Source of the DNA: an uncultured Verrucomicrobiae bacterium
Lineage (GTDB): Bacteria > Chlamydiota > Chlamydiia > Chlamydiales > Rhabdochlamydiaceae
Assembly (NCBI GenBank): GCA_963806855.1
Contig: CAWDYW010000001.1
Coordinates: 288,001-352,000, forward strand
Reading direction: 5' to 3'
DNA: 64,000 bases
The notes under the pieces are model-generated. The model was given only the letters and a program-made list of their open reading frames with translations, had not been told where the DNA came from and did not search any database. Position numbers and translations under genes: made by a program. This document shows, piece after piece, positions 37,300 through 47,254 of the stretch; position 1 is the stretch's first letter, and each line of letters opens with the position of its first letter.

Positions 37300-38935
37300 A
37301 TTTGAATTCCTCTTTTGCGCAATCCGATTCTTGCTTTAGTCTGCTAAGAAGCGGATTTTTGATGACATCTGATAATTTGCGTGAATTTATTATCTTTTCA
37401 ATGATTTCGTATTTTCCCCCAAATCCATCTTCGCATCCTGTTGGAAAATGAAGATGGGAATTAAAAACGCTAAATAATTCTTCGATAACTTCGTGTTTAG
37501 AACTAAGATTTTTTCTGGTAATTGAATAGGCTTGAGCTACAGTAATTCCAAAAAGCACAAGGAGTTCGGAAAAATACTCTAATTGCTTTGTTAGTTTTTG
37601 ACAGGCGGTTGCTCCATAACTTACAACATCTTCCGATTCGTTTGCGCTTGTAGCATTCATCAAGCTTGAGGGTTGAGCCAATAAGTTAATTTTATGAACA
37701 AGTGCGTTCGCTGTATAATGAGGAATCATAAAACCGGACTTGAGGCCTATTTCATTAGGGTCAGCAATCAAGTAGCAGGGTAATTTATTCCCGTTTCTAT
37801 TGGGATTAAGTAAGTATGCCAATTGTCGCTCTAGGGTTATCGCAACTTTAGCATTTGACAAAGCAATGATATCAGCAATGACAGTTAGATTTTCGCCATG
37901 AAAATTGCCCCCGGAGAATATTCCCCATTTTTCCCCTTCAAATTCTCTTATGAAAGCCGGATGAGAATTCGCAATATTATCGCTTTGTCTAAAAATAAGA
38001 GGGTTATCCGTGATCGCATTGAGTTCAGCTTCTAATTTTTTTTGTTGCTCAAGAATTGCTTCAATCCTGGGCCCAAAAATTTGTGGAATGCATCTTATGC
38101 AGTAATCATTCTGAAATTCATGCTCATAAGTTCTTTCATCGGATTGCAAAAGTTGAAGTAATATAGAAGCGATATATTTTTGACCTTCTTGATTTCTGGC
38201 TTGATGAACTTGTGGATAGAATGCAGATTCAATAGCGCCTATAGCATTTATAAAGAGTCCTTGGAGGGCCATTAAGTTATCCAATAGCATTAATTCTTTA
38301 TGAAAACTTAGTGCTAACATTGAAGTCATAAAGGCAGTGCCATTAATTAGTGCCAACCCTTCTTTTGCTTTTGGCGAAAATCGAGATATTTTTGCCAGTT
38401 CTAAAGCCTTGCCTGCGCTTATTCTTTCCCCTTGATACCAAACAGGTACTTCATCGCCCAGCATGGCTCTCCCTAATCTTGCTAAAAAAGCAAGATCACC
38501 ACTTGCACCTAGAGAACCGCTGGAGGGGATTTCAGGTATGATTTTAGCATTTATCATGCTGATTAAAGTATTGAGAGATTCAGGGGAAAATCCAGAATAG
38601 CCTTTAGACAGAGAATTTGCGCAGAGTACCATGGCGCCTAAGGTGATGTCATTTGAGAAAGATTTGCCGATTCCTGCATCGTGACTTCTGATCAAGTTTA
38701 TCGATAGATCGTTTGAAGAAGAGGCATTTATGTTTATCTTGCGCAGGTCTCCAACCCCAGTTGTGATTCCATAAACTCTAGCTTTAGAATCTAAGAGACT
38801 TTCGATGAAAGCTCTGCATTCAGATAATTTTTGGATTGAATCAGTGCCTAGAGAGATTGTTTTGTTGCCAAATATAACCCCAAGAAACTCATTTAAAGAA
38901 AGTTCAGATTTGAGATTGAATTCAAATTTGCCCAT
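37286..38935 (-). CDS. MIO-dependent aromatic amino-acid ammonia-lyase, histidine ammonia-lyase-like
   Basis: YGITTG.G, NLIRSHDAG (SH motif typical of HAL), GSLGASGDL, KEGLALINGT, Y.IRCIPQI.G, DNPL, SGGNFHG, SEDVVS. Confidence 0.85.
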   Translation of the reverse strand: MGKFEFNLKSELSLNEFLGVIFGNKTISLGTDSIQKLSECRAFIESLLDSKARVYGITTGVGDLRKININASSSNDLSINLIRSHDAGIGKSFSNDITLGAMVLCANSLSKGYSGFSPESLNTLISMINAKIIPEIPSSGSLGASGDLAFLARLGRAMLGDEVPVWYQGERISAGKALELAKISRFSPKAKEGLALINGTAFMTSMLALSFHKELMLLDNLMALQGLFINAIGAIESAFYPQVHQARNQEGQKYIASILLQLLQSDERTYEHEFQNDYCIRCIPQIFGPRIEAILEQQKKLEAELNAITDNPLIFRQSDNIANSHPAFIREFEGEKWGIFSGGNFHGENLTVIADIIALSNAKVAITLERQLAYLLNPNRNGNKLPCYLIADPNEIGLKSGFMIPHYTANALVHKINLLAQPSSLMNATSANESEDVVSYGATACQKLTKQLEYFSELLVLFGITVAQAYSITRKNLSSKHEVIEELFSVFNSHLHFPTGCEDGFGGKYEIIEKIINSRKLSDVIKNPLLSRLKQESDCAKEEFKYVSC

Positions 38936-39338
38936 AAAATCACGCTGGCCTATTCATTTAATAAAAATAATAAATACTTATTTCTTTTTTTTCAAATAAA
39001 ATTGGGCTTTTGGGAAATTCGAAATGACTGGCTATGCGAAAGAAGTAAATCGAAAAAAAATAAATTTGATTGGATCAAAATATAAGGCCGTAGGATCTGC
39101 TACAATTGAATTTGGTGATACAATTGCTTCTTTTATAGCCCCGGTCACAAGATTTCTTGTAAATGATAAAGTCTCGAGCATTGCATTAATTTTAGTATGC
39201 AATTATATTTGCGCATGGATTATTCAAAGATATTCAGAAAAAATGATAAAATTCAAATTGTGTCCAAGTTAGAGCCCATCACGAAGCATTGATTTGATCA
39301 GGGCGCTTAGGGATTTCTAAGGATGTTTGGGCAGATTC

Positions 39339-40487
39339 TCATGTACAAGACACTACAACTTCAGGGCTTGTATAAGTGTTGAATCGTTTGACAATGCTAG
39401 CCTCTAATCGTTTAGTTACAGCTAAAATGCTTGGCTTCTTCTTTCTGGGAAGATTTTTTGCTTGCAAAATGCCAGCTGTGATGAGGGCTATAGTTAGCTG
39501 GATTCTCTCAGGAGCAATATTTTCTCTCTCTCCATCAAAATTCACTGGGAAGCCACTTCTGATCAACAATTTACCATCAACTAATAGATCTTGGTGACAT
39601 TGAGAAGTTTCTGGAAGAAATCGTCGCAAATATACTGCATCAAATTCTCTGTCTGATGAAGACACGCTAACTAGCACTGTGCCATGAGGGATCTTCTTAT
39701 GTAAATTTTTAGGAACGCTTGTTGTTCCTGTACAGCCAATAATCAAGGGATACTTGTCCAAGATAGTACCTAAGTTGCCTTTAAAGTCGGAAAGATCGGG
39801 ATTGGCATCGTAAACGTCAATTTCAAATTTAGACGCAAGGAGATTTCTCATTGCGCATCCAATTGGGCCGCCTCCTATGATGAGCGCTTTCTTAGGAAAA
39901 AGGCCCCTTTTCCCCAGGCTTTGAAAGAGGCTTTTGGCAGCGGCCTCAGCTATCATCGGGGACTCAAGTTCAAGTTTCGCTGGGGAGCGCGCGACATTAA
40001 TAACTGGAAAATGAAGAGGTTGATTCTTTATTGCATTATATCCTGCTGAAGTTTGTTCTATGGCTACTATAGGAATAGCGAAATTGCCCAGCCGATTGAA
40101 GTAGTTTATACATTTTCCGCCATCGTCGAGTACGATGATACGTTCATATTTACCGCTAGTTAGGTCAGTCAAATGGGAGGCTAGGAATTTTTGAACTTCC
40201 CGATTATATTGCTCATCAAAGGAACAATGGGATGAATAAGCCATGCTTTCCTTGGATACATCGATTCCATCTGCTAACATTTCTTCATAGACTTCAGGGC
40301 ACGTAGAATAGCATTTTCCTATTAAAGAAATGTTCGCGGGTTTAAGACCAAGACAATATAGAGACCGAAACATAGCATGTGTAGTTTCAAGTATGTGTTG
40401 TGCACCAATAATTTTAATATTTGAAAAATCTTTGCCTTTGAATGAATCAACCAACAGTTGAACCAAAGGTAGCTTTAACCTATTCAT
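39339..40487 (-). CDS. Divergent S-adenosylhomocysteine-hydrolase-like NAD-binding protein
   Basis: QHILETT, GKCYST, VLDDGG, EQTSAG, FPVINVA.S..K, Rossmann GGGPIG, GCTG, SSSDREF, G.PVNF. Confidence 0.7.
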   Translation of the reverse strand: MNRLKLPLVQLLVDSFKGKDFSNIKIIGAQHILETTHAMFRSLYCLGLKPANISLIGKCYSTCPEVYEEMLADGIDVSKESMAYSSHCSFDEQYNREVQKFLASHLTDLTSGKYERIIVLDDGGKCINYFNRLGNFAIPIVAIEQTSAGYNAIKNQPLHFPVINVARSPAKLELESPMIAEAAAKSLFQSLGKRGLFPKKALIIGGGPIGCAMRNLLASKFEIDVYDANPDLSDFKGNLGTILDKYPLIIGCTGTTSVPKNLHKKIPHGTVLVSVSSSDREFDAVYLRRFLPETSQCHQDLLVDGKLLIRSGFPVNFDGERENIAPERIQLTIALITAGILQAKNLPRKKKPSILAVTKRLEASIVKRFNTYTSPEVVVSCT

Positions 40488-40951
40488 AATATCCGCTGCA
40501 CATGTTCAGTTCTTGACATATTATTTGCATTTGTAAGTTCAATACTAATCCCAGGGAAAATGGTTGCAAGTAAACAGCAATAAGGAGCGATATTAGGGTC
40601 TAGAATAGGTTCGATGGTGAAGATTTTGATTCCAATGGCAATTGCATACCCGATCTCCAAAATTGTTGCATTGCCAAGGTATCCATTAAAATTTGCAACT
40701 ACCAGGAATGAGCTGTTTCTTATTTTGGCAAAAACAGATGATTGTAAGAGCTCTGGATGATCAATGGGATCAGAATCTAAAACGACAAATTCATCGAATG
40801 GATTAAGCGAATGGTTGCCACGGGGTGATAATACTCTAATTCCCCGTCTTTCTAGCGATTGTCTTAATAAGACAATTTGAGGTAGATGTCTGTGGAAAGA
40901 GCCGCTTATCACCGTATAAATTGTTGTAGCGGAGTCAGATATTTTTTCCAT
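40484..40951 (-). CDS. Nucleoside 2-deoxyribosyltransferase-like fold protein
   Basis: ISGSF…L…G..VLSP…I..S.FLVV.N..GY.G..T.LEIGYA (Glu nucleophile position retained). Confidence 0.6.
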   Translation of the reverse strand: MEKISDSATTIYTVISGSFHRHLPQIVLLRQSLERRGIRVLSPRGNHSLNPFDEFVVLDSDPIDHPELLQSSVFAKIRNSSFLVVANFNGYLGNATILEIGYAIAIGIKIFTIEPILDPNIAPYCCLLATIFPGISIELTNANNMSRTEHVQRIL

Positions 40952-41441
40952 ATTGTATTCTCCAGCGGTTTTTTTTGTTGTGTATGGCTAATAGCTTTGC
41001 TTTTACAAAATTAAAAGCAAGCCCTTGAGAGACTAATAGATTGAGTTGTTGAAATTCCGTCAGACCAACCCATTTATAATTCAGGTGCTCGTTATCATTT
41101 ATAATTACATTTGGCATATTTTTAAGTTTGACGTAATAAAGATAAAGAAGATAGCTTCCATCAAACGGATTTAAGCTGTGAGCTTTATCAAGAAGAAGAA
41201 AAGATTCATTGGATATGAGGATCCCTGTTTCTTCAAATATTTCTCTTGCGAGACCATCTTGAGGAGGTTCATCAGTCTCCAGCTTTCCGCCAGGAATGCC
41301 CCATAGCCCAAATTGGCCATCCCGTCGGCCTCTTTGTAAAACTAAGAATTTTTCTTCACATTCAATAAAACAAGTAACAACTTCAAAATCTATTCCTTCT
41401 TGTGAGGCTATATCTTGTGCAGGTTGAAGAATTGTGACCAT
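40935..41441 (-). CDS. NUDIX hydrolase
   Basis: Nudix box PGGKLETDEPPQDGLAREIFEETGI; EH..Y.WV. Confidence 0.92.
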   Translation of the reverse strand: MVTILQPAQDIASQEGIDFEVVTCFIECEEKFLVLQRGRRDGQFGLWGIPGGKLETDEPPQDGLAREIFEETGILISNESFLLLDKAHSLNPFDGSYLLYLYYVKLKNMPNVIINDNEHLNYKWVGLTEFQQLNLLVSQGLAFNFVKAKLLAIHNKKNRWRIQYGKNI

Positions 41442-42348
41442 TTTGATACCCCCAGAATAGGATTGATTTTCAATTTAACACTTAATTTATTTACAGCCGA
41501 AGTAAACTTTCTACTCAAGCTTGTTTACCTAATATTATGACTTGCCGAAAAATTTTATGCGATAACTTTCTGTGCATTTTAAAATTTTCATTTACAAATA
41601 ATTGTTTGTTGATGAATAATTAATTTTAAATAGTTTTTTTATATTACGAAACCAATTTTGTATATTAATATACCTTGGCGCTCTAAACGAAATACTTATA
41701 TCTGAAATAAGTGCTTCCTTTGCCGTAGAAGAAAATGGGCATTGATAGATTCTCATGTGGAGAATTGAGCTTTGAGATACTTGATTGGATCTAGTATAGG
41801 GACAAGCTCTCCTTCTGCAAACATAATGTTGTAAGTCCGCAAGGCTGGGATTTCGGAATAGGTTGGCGGGACAGAATGTTTAGACATGGATCATTTTTCG
41901 TTTCTCAGGTATCAGGAATTTTAATCCATTACTGACATAAGCTCGCCCCTACTATGTGCGGTAATAAAATAGTTACCTGCTGAGTCTTAAATAGAATTAT
42001 TCGGAAGCTGGGGAAGAGGCGCTTCTAGTCCAGCCTTGACCTTTTGAAGTGCTTCGGGGTAGGGTTCTTCGTAAACCTCTTCAGTTCTCTTTTGCCAGGC
42101 TGGGAGAGAAGGATTGGTTTTATAATAATAGAGATTGCCCTTAAGTAAGAACGCTTGCCCGAGCCATTTACCCTCCTTGATATATAAGGCAATGCCGTAA
42201 TCAAGATCTTTACTTGTAAAGAAATAATGATTGAGATGGGGGATAAGCTGATCATTTGTATTTATTGAAGTGAGAAAAATCTCAATGCCTTTAACTATAT
42301 GTGATCGAACAATATCGACATCAAAATTCTCACCAAGAACTATAAAGC

Positions 42349-42374
42349 TGTAGTGCTCCCAATTTCAACCGGAC
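42349..42374. mobile_element. Isolated IS3 (IS2-group) terminal inverted repeat
   Basis: TGTAGTGCTCCCAATTTCAACCGGAC, 2 mismatches to the end at 14036. Confidence 0.7.
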
Positions 42375-42468
42375 TTTCTCCTTTATCTTTTGACTGGAGT
42401 GGTCAGCTTATATCCAGTCAATAGGGTGCGCTAGCGGTTGAGAATTCAATGGCATTCTTGGGATATTA

Positions 42469-44139
42469 TTAGTTGATTTTCGGGTTCTTTGTAATTGTGG
42501 TCTGAGGTCTTCGAAAGTATATCAAGTGATTTGGATAGTCGATGTAAAAAGCATGTTTTCTTAGGAAATCCATCCCTAAGATTCCGTCAATATTCTCCAT
42601 TTTTGGAGAAATATCAAAAGGATAGAAATTCATCTTTTCATACTGACAATTTCCTAATACGAGCGTGTTAATACAAAAATATGAATTTCCAAGAGAATCC
42701 TTATTAAGATCTTCTCCATTTAGCACTTCTGATTTGATGAGCGAGACGGAACACCCTGTGTCAAGCAACAAACGCAATTCTCCCAAATCGGTTTTAGTGC
42801 TGAGCACAATACCACATTCCTCAGGTTTAAATGAGACTTTTGCATATTCCTCCAAACGAACATTTATTTTTTTTAAATCTCCCTCCTGATTGATCAGCCT
42901 AAGAGCTGAGTCTGGAAAATCGAAATAGATATTGGTCCTATATAAAATTGGACGTCCGAGATAGCCAAAATGCCCATCCTGAATAGTCCCTGCCTTTTTC
43001 ACATTAATCCCAAGTGCAGCCCCTATTTCTTTTTGTCTATTTACAAAAAGATTTTTTAATAAAGAATTTCCAATCTTGCAGTCGGGGAGGATATAACAAT
43101 CAGTTTCATCTTCCCTTCCAATAACATTTACTGAATGAGATGTGTCTATATGATACAGCCCATCCGCGCAAAAATCCCCTGAGCGGAAGAGTAATTCCCT
43201 ACTATATCCAAGGTCAACCATCACCGGCTCTCTTTTGCCGCGCACTTCAATTTCAATGATAGGTAAGCCATTGACAGTAAAATTTACAGGAATTTTTGAG
43301 TCTGAATTATTGGCAAGGGTATTACAATATTTTCCACCAATATATAAATACTCATTGCGAGCATCGATATAAACTATATGATTCTTTAAAAATTCTGCTC
43401 CCAACACACCATCAATTTCTAACTCTTGAGTAAGTTCGGCTGGATAGAACTCCATTACATGAAAATCCTTGTTTCCAATTCTAATTGCCGTTTTTAAAGA
43501 ATTATCAGGACCGTTCCATATTGATCTATTTATTATATTTGCATTTCCAGATGTGATCAACATCATATTCAATTCACCAAAAGAACTAATTGCCCTAAAA
43601 TAAATTCCTTTTTCCGTTATCCTGCACTTAATTTTCTCCATCTTTCTTATGTCATAGCCCAAAGATGCTAAATTTTTTTCATTTTTAATCCCAGCAATTC
43701 GATGATGAGGAAAATCCAAAAAGAGATTTATTCTTCCTAAAGGCCAAGAAATCGAGCCTACACTTTCCTCATCTTCAGGCTCAGTTGAGGTGAGTATTTT
43801 TTTGAGTTTCAGTTTTCCTAGTTCTATCTGTCTGACTTCAAAAAGAGGAGCATTTTCCTGCTCCCCCATTAAATTTTTCCAATGCGCTTCCCCTTTTCTA
43901 GACTTTCTAATCTCAATCAATTTTTTTTCTGAGATAAAAAGGGGATAGGGAGAAGCCAAGAATAAATATAGCGGATATTGATTACCCTGAATATTTACGT
44001 TAACCATAGGAAATGTCTTTTTTGAGAATGTTACCGGAACAATATAAGGAGAATGATTCTCGTAAATATTCAAAGTCAAGATCGTCGAGATTAGAATTAA
44101 AAAAACTAAAGCCGAAATCTTTTTTTTATTCTTAATCAT
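42469..44139 (-). CDS. Membrane-anchored protein with tandem retropepsin-like (aspartyl protease) domains
   Basis: N-terminal TM; four repeats with G.LG..F/IL…IDY/FP signatures; catalytic DTG only in the last (LLLDTGCS), DLG in the third. Confidence 0.75.
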   Translation of the reverse strand: MIKNKKKISALVFLILISTILTLNIYENHSPYIVPVTFSKKTFPMVNVNIQGNQYPLYLFLASPYPLFISEKKLIEIRKSRKGEAHWKNLMGEQENAPLFEVRQIELGKLKLKKILTSTEPEDEESVGSISWPLGRINLFLDFPHHRIAGIKNEKNLASLGYDIRKMEKIKCRITEKGIYFRAISSFGELNMMLITSGNANIINRSIWNGPDNSLKTAIRIGNKDFHVMEFYPAELTQELEIDGVLGAEFLKNHIVYIDARNEYLYIGGKYCNTLANNSDSKIPVNFTVNGLPIIEIEVRGKREPVMVDLGYSRELLFRSGDFCADGLYHIDTSHSVNVIGREDETDCYILPDCKIGNSLLKNLFVNRQKEIGAALGINVKKAGTIQDGHFGYLGRPILYRTNIYFDFPDSALRLINQEGDLKKINVRLEEYAKVSFKPEECGIVLSTKTDLGELRLLLDTGCSVSLIKSEVLNGEDLNKDSLGNSYFCINTLVLGNCQYEKMNFYPFDISPKMENIDGILGMDFLRKHAFYIDYPNHLIYFRRPQTTITKNPKIN

Positions 44140-44772
44140 CTATTTAAATTTAATTACAAGTGTAGCTTCCGCTTTTGCAGTTGTATTTCCATCGCTATCT
44201 TTTACGACAGAACAACTTCCCCCATAGGAGCAATTGCCATTGTTAGTTGTCTCTGTTACTTCTACAGTGAGTGATTGGTTTCCTTTATTATCAGCACCAC
44301 CTTTGACTTCCAATTGACCAGCAACTAGTATTTTATCTTCCCATAGCGAAGGATTTTGAAGGAATGCGCAAAGTATTGCTTGAGCTGTTAAATACTCATT
44401 ACATTCGCCCACTTCGACAAAAACGATATCCTCTGATCCACAAGCACCGCAAATTTTAGAGTCATGTTCGAATTCTCTCCTGCAATTTGCACAGACATAG
44501 CTGATCTGACACAGTGTAAAGTATCCTCTGTCATCAAATTGCAAATCATTAAGGGCAACAGCTCCAAAATTGTCAGTCATGAGAAAAATCCCATCTTGAC
44601 TAATGAGCAGTTTGTCTATATCTAAATTCACTCGAAATTCATTCGTCCATTTCTCTTCAGAAATCCCCTTACAAAAAACTGAACAAATTGCAACAAAGAT
44701 AAAAAATATAAATCTCATAACAACCTCCTTTGTGAGACTCATAAAGATTACATTTTGGAGAATGTTAAACAT
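44140..44772 (-). CDS. Hypothetical secreted protein with CxxC…CxxC zinc-ribbon-like motif
   Basis: Signal-like MRFIFFIFVAICS; CANC…CGAC. Confidence 0.55.
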   Translation of the reverse strand: MFNILQNVIFMSLTKEVVMRFIFFIFVAICSVFCKGISEEKWTNEFRVNLDIDKLLISQDGIFLMTDNFGAVALNDLQFDDRGYFTLCQISYVCANCRREFEHDSKICGACGSEDIVFVEVGECNEYLTAQAILCAFLQNPSLWEDKILVAGQLEVKGGADNKGNQSLTVEVTETTNNGNCSYGGSCSVVKDSDGNTTAKAEATLVIKFK

Positions 44773-45295
44773 TTGGTCAACAAAACATTTGCTGCCCCAG
44801 CGATTATATCAGGACTAAATACTCTTCCACTCCCATTTTCGCCTTTCAATGTAATTCTGCCCCTGCTGGGGCGGTTCTTCCAATAGCGCAGTTACAGAGT
44901 ATTTCTGTTCTTCTCCTTGCTTGTCCCCCAGCGCTGTTTTGAAGCCTTTTCCCGCTTGTGTCTGTCTTCTCTTACCATATGTGACTCTGTTAGATTTTGC
45001 ATGATTAACGAGGAGCGCTACAGGGTAGCTAAATTAGGTGTTAGATGTGTATGAGAAAAGGCTACAGTAATCCGAATCCGAATCTAGGGAAAAGTGCAGC
45101 GCTAACTCTGCTTTTACAGAGCCAGAACATGAAAGTTGCTCGCATCGAACAATAACTAATCGATTTAACCCTCGAACTAAGTGTAGAGGGCACGGCTCAA
45201 ATTCGGGGGTCTTTAAATCATAAAGTGTGAATTTGAACCGCGCCAAAGCCTTGGGGTACGAATTCATCGTTAGGGGGGCGGGGTATAAAATGATT

Positions 45296-45820
45296 TTATT
45301 GGCGACGAAATATCTTCAAAGCTTCCACATAAGTTTCCTCATGGAGATTCGTTAGCGTGTAATTGTTGGGATGTTTAGCATAATAAAATAGCGTTCCTTC
45401 TGAAGCGGCTGCGATATCAATTTTATCCAATGAGAGCTTTGAGCAATTTGAATGTGGGAAATAAATTTCAATCTCGATGTTTTTAGATGTAAAAGGGTAA
45501 TCGTGAAGATAGGGGCGTATTTCTTCATTAGCATTAATCTCCACAAGATATTCTTGGATTGCAAAGAGTAAAAGCTCTCTGGCATTTTCTAAAGTTGATT
45601 CTTGACTGTACTCAAACCCCATCATCATCATGCTTATGTTCTCCAGCATTCTTCCGCCTGTGCCGATCAGTATAAAGCCCTTTTCTTTTTCCAATTTATC
45701 TGCTGTTCTTTTGGTTATAGCATCAGCTAATTTTTCATAATCTATAGCTTTAGAATGAGAATAATACATGACGATTCCGAAGGTTGTTAATAATAAACTA
45801 AGTATGATTGCGAGTCTCAT
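45296..45820 (-). CDS. Chlamydial hypothetical exported protein, immunity-like partner of the upstream gene
   Basis: N-terminal signal/TM; G.GG.M, AR.LL…..YL..IN.NE.IRPYL..YPFT.KN pattern; ATGA overlap with the upstream gene. Confidence 0.6.
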   Translation of the reverse strand: MRLAIILSLLLTTFGIVMYYSHSKAIDYEKLADAITKRTADKLEKEKGFILIGTGGRMLENISMMMMGFEYSQESTLENARELLLFAIQEYLVEINANEEIRPYLHDYPFTSKNIEIEIYFPHSNCSKLSLDKIDIAAASEGTLFYYAKHPNNYTLTNLHEETYVEALKIFRRQ

Positions 45821-46989
45821 TTTATATATCCAATTTGTCTTAAATAATTATTAATATGATATAGAATTAGAGTTTGAAATGTTGGGCTATCAAAGCCATG
45901 GTCAAAATGAGGGGCATCTGGATGTGGCTCTAATAAGATAAGATGATCCCCATATCGAATTTTCCCAATTGCATCTAGGTGAGGGACAATGTCGCGCTTG
46001 CTAGCATAGTTATAAGCTTCAAAACACAATTTTTTCGGTATGACTGCGCCTGGAGAAATAGCAAGAACAATAATCCTTTCTCGTACTTCCTTGGGAGAGG
46101 AAGCTAAGGCATTAAATACATAGATAGTACCACTGCTATGGCAAATTTGGAGGAATTTTGCCTCTGGTCCATGGTTAGCAACAAATTGATCCCATTGGTT
46201 TCTCAACATTTGAACCGGAGGTGAATAAAGCTGGCAGTGTCCCAAAATGCACTCAAGAATGTCTATCAGTGCTGAGTGAGTAGCGTTATAAACGCCATAG
46301 ATTTTAGCCCCTTTAGCATACTGGCTGATTCTGATTGCATGTTCTTTGGCTACTCCCTCATTGTTATTAATCCCATTTATGAATCCAATTCCGCCATTAT
46401 CAAGATCTATTGAACCAATTTCATAGGGATATGAGCTGATTAAGTCATATCCATTAATGCCAGCTGTAGCAATATATGCATCCGCTAAAGAAATCAGATT
46501 TGCTAAATCTGGCTGTCTTTCGTATTCAGGAGGTGCCTCGGAGAGTAATTGCTCAACATCGCTGTTGAACACTAGGGTTTGTTCATTATGCATTTCACTA
46601 GTGCATGCAATAAAATCGGGATGGGTAAAGTGAGGGTTAGGGAAAATCACATAGAGATTTACTTCATCTTGATTTTCTACAGAATCATGGGTGACCCATT
46701 CCATTTCTAAATTCGATTTTCTCTTAAGAGCATGATTTAGGTCGAAAGAGGTTTTGTTAATCTCGAGTTCCAGGTGTTGACCATCTATTTCACTATTCTG
46801 AGGTTCGGTTGCTTCAGTAAAATGGCCTTTATAAACGAAAAAAATTATACCATTGTCTTGGGCAAGAGGGATGTTGTCCATTAAATTTGAAGGAGTGCCA
46901 TTCAGAAGTTGCCTGTATGAGAACTCCTTGCCTGTGCATTTCAGGAAATAAAAAAAACCTAAGATCAGACCTAATATGTATCGAACCAT
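45817..46989 (-). CDS. Secreted protein with C-terminal DUF687-like / alpha-beta hydrolase-like domain
   Basis: Signal peptide; GFINGINN, VYNATH, ICHSSG elbow, D.VP, DHGF.SPTF. Confidence 0.6.
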   Translation of the reverse strand: MVRYILGLILGFFYFLKCTGKEFSYRQLLNGTPSNLMDNIPLAQDNGIIFFVYKGHFTEATEPQNSEIDGQHLELEINKTSFDLNHALKRKSNLEMEWVTHDSVENQDEVNLYVIFPNPHFTHPDFIACTSEMHNEQTLVFNSDVEQLLSEAPPEYERQPDLANLISLADAYIATAGINGYDLISSYPYEIGSIDLDNGGIGFINGINNNEGVAKEHAIRISQYAKGAKIYGVYNATHSALIDILECILGHCQLYSPPVQMLRNQWDQFVANHGPEAKFLQICHSSGTIYVFNALASSPKEVRERIIVLAISPGAVIPKKLCFEAYNYASKRDIVPHLDAIGKIRYGDHLILLEPHPDAPHFDHGFDSPTFQTLILYHINNYLRQIGYIK

Positions 46990-47254
46990 TTCTCCAAACC
47001 CTTCAAAATTCGCAAAAAAAAATCACAAATAAGAAATTGTATTGGTTCCTGAAAATAGTTCAAAGCATTTGGGGGAAAAGAGGCAATCTTGACGGAAATT
47101 CACGGCGTTGACCTCGATGAACGTTTTGCCTCAGAGACCTATAGGGTCATTTTACAGCGCATACCATTACAAGTTCTATTAGACAAAAAATACCAACATC
47201 CGATAGTTTTTCCAGCATCTAGAGTCAAACCCTAGAGAAAAAGGAAAAAAATTT

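Noticed and set aside
41450..42340. Possible gene remnants in AT-rich spacers (also 21300-21740, 34800-35170, 44820-45040)
   Set aside because: These are short broken frames with no motif I could recognise, so they are left uncalled.
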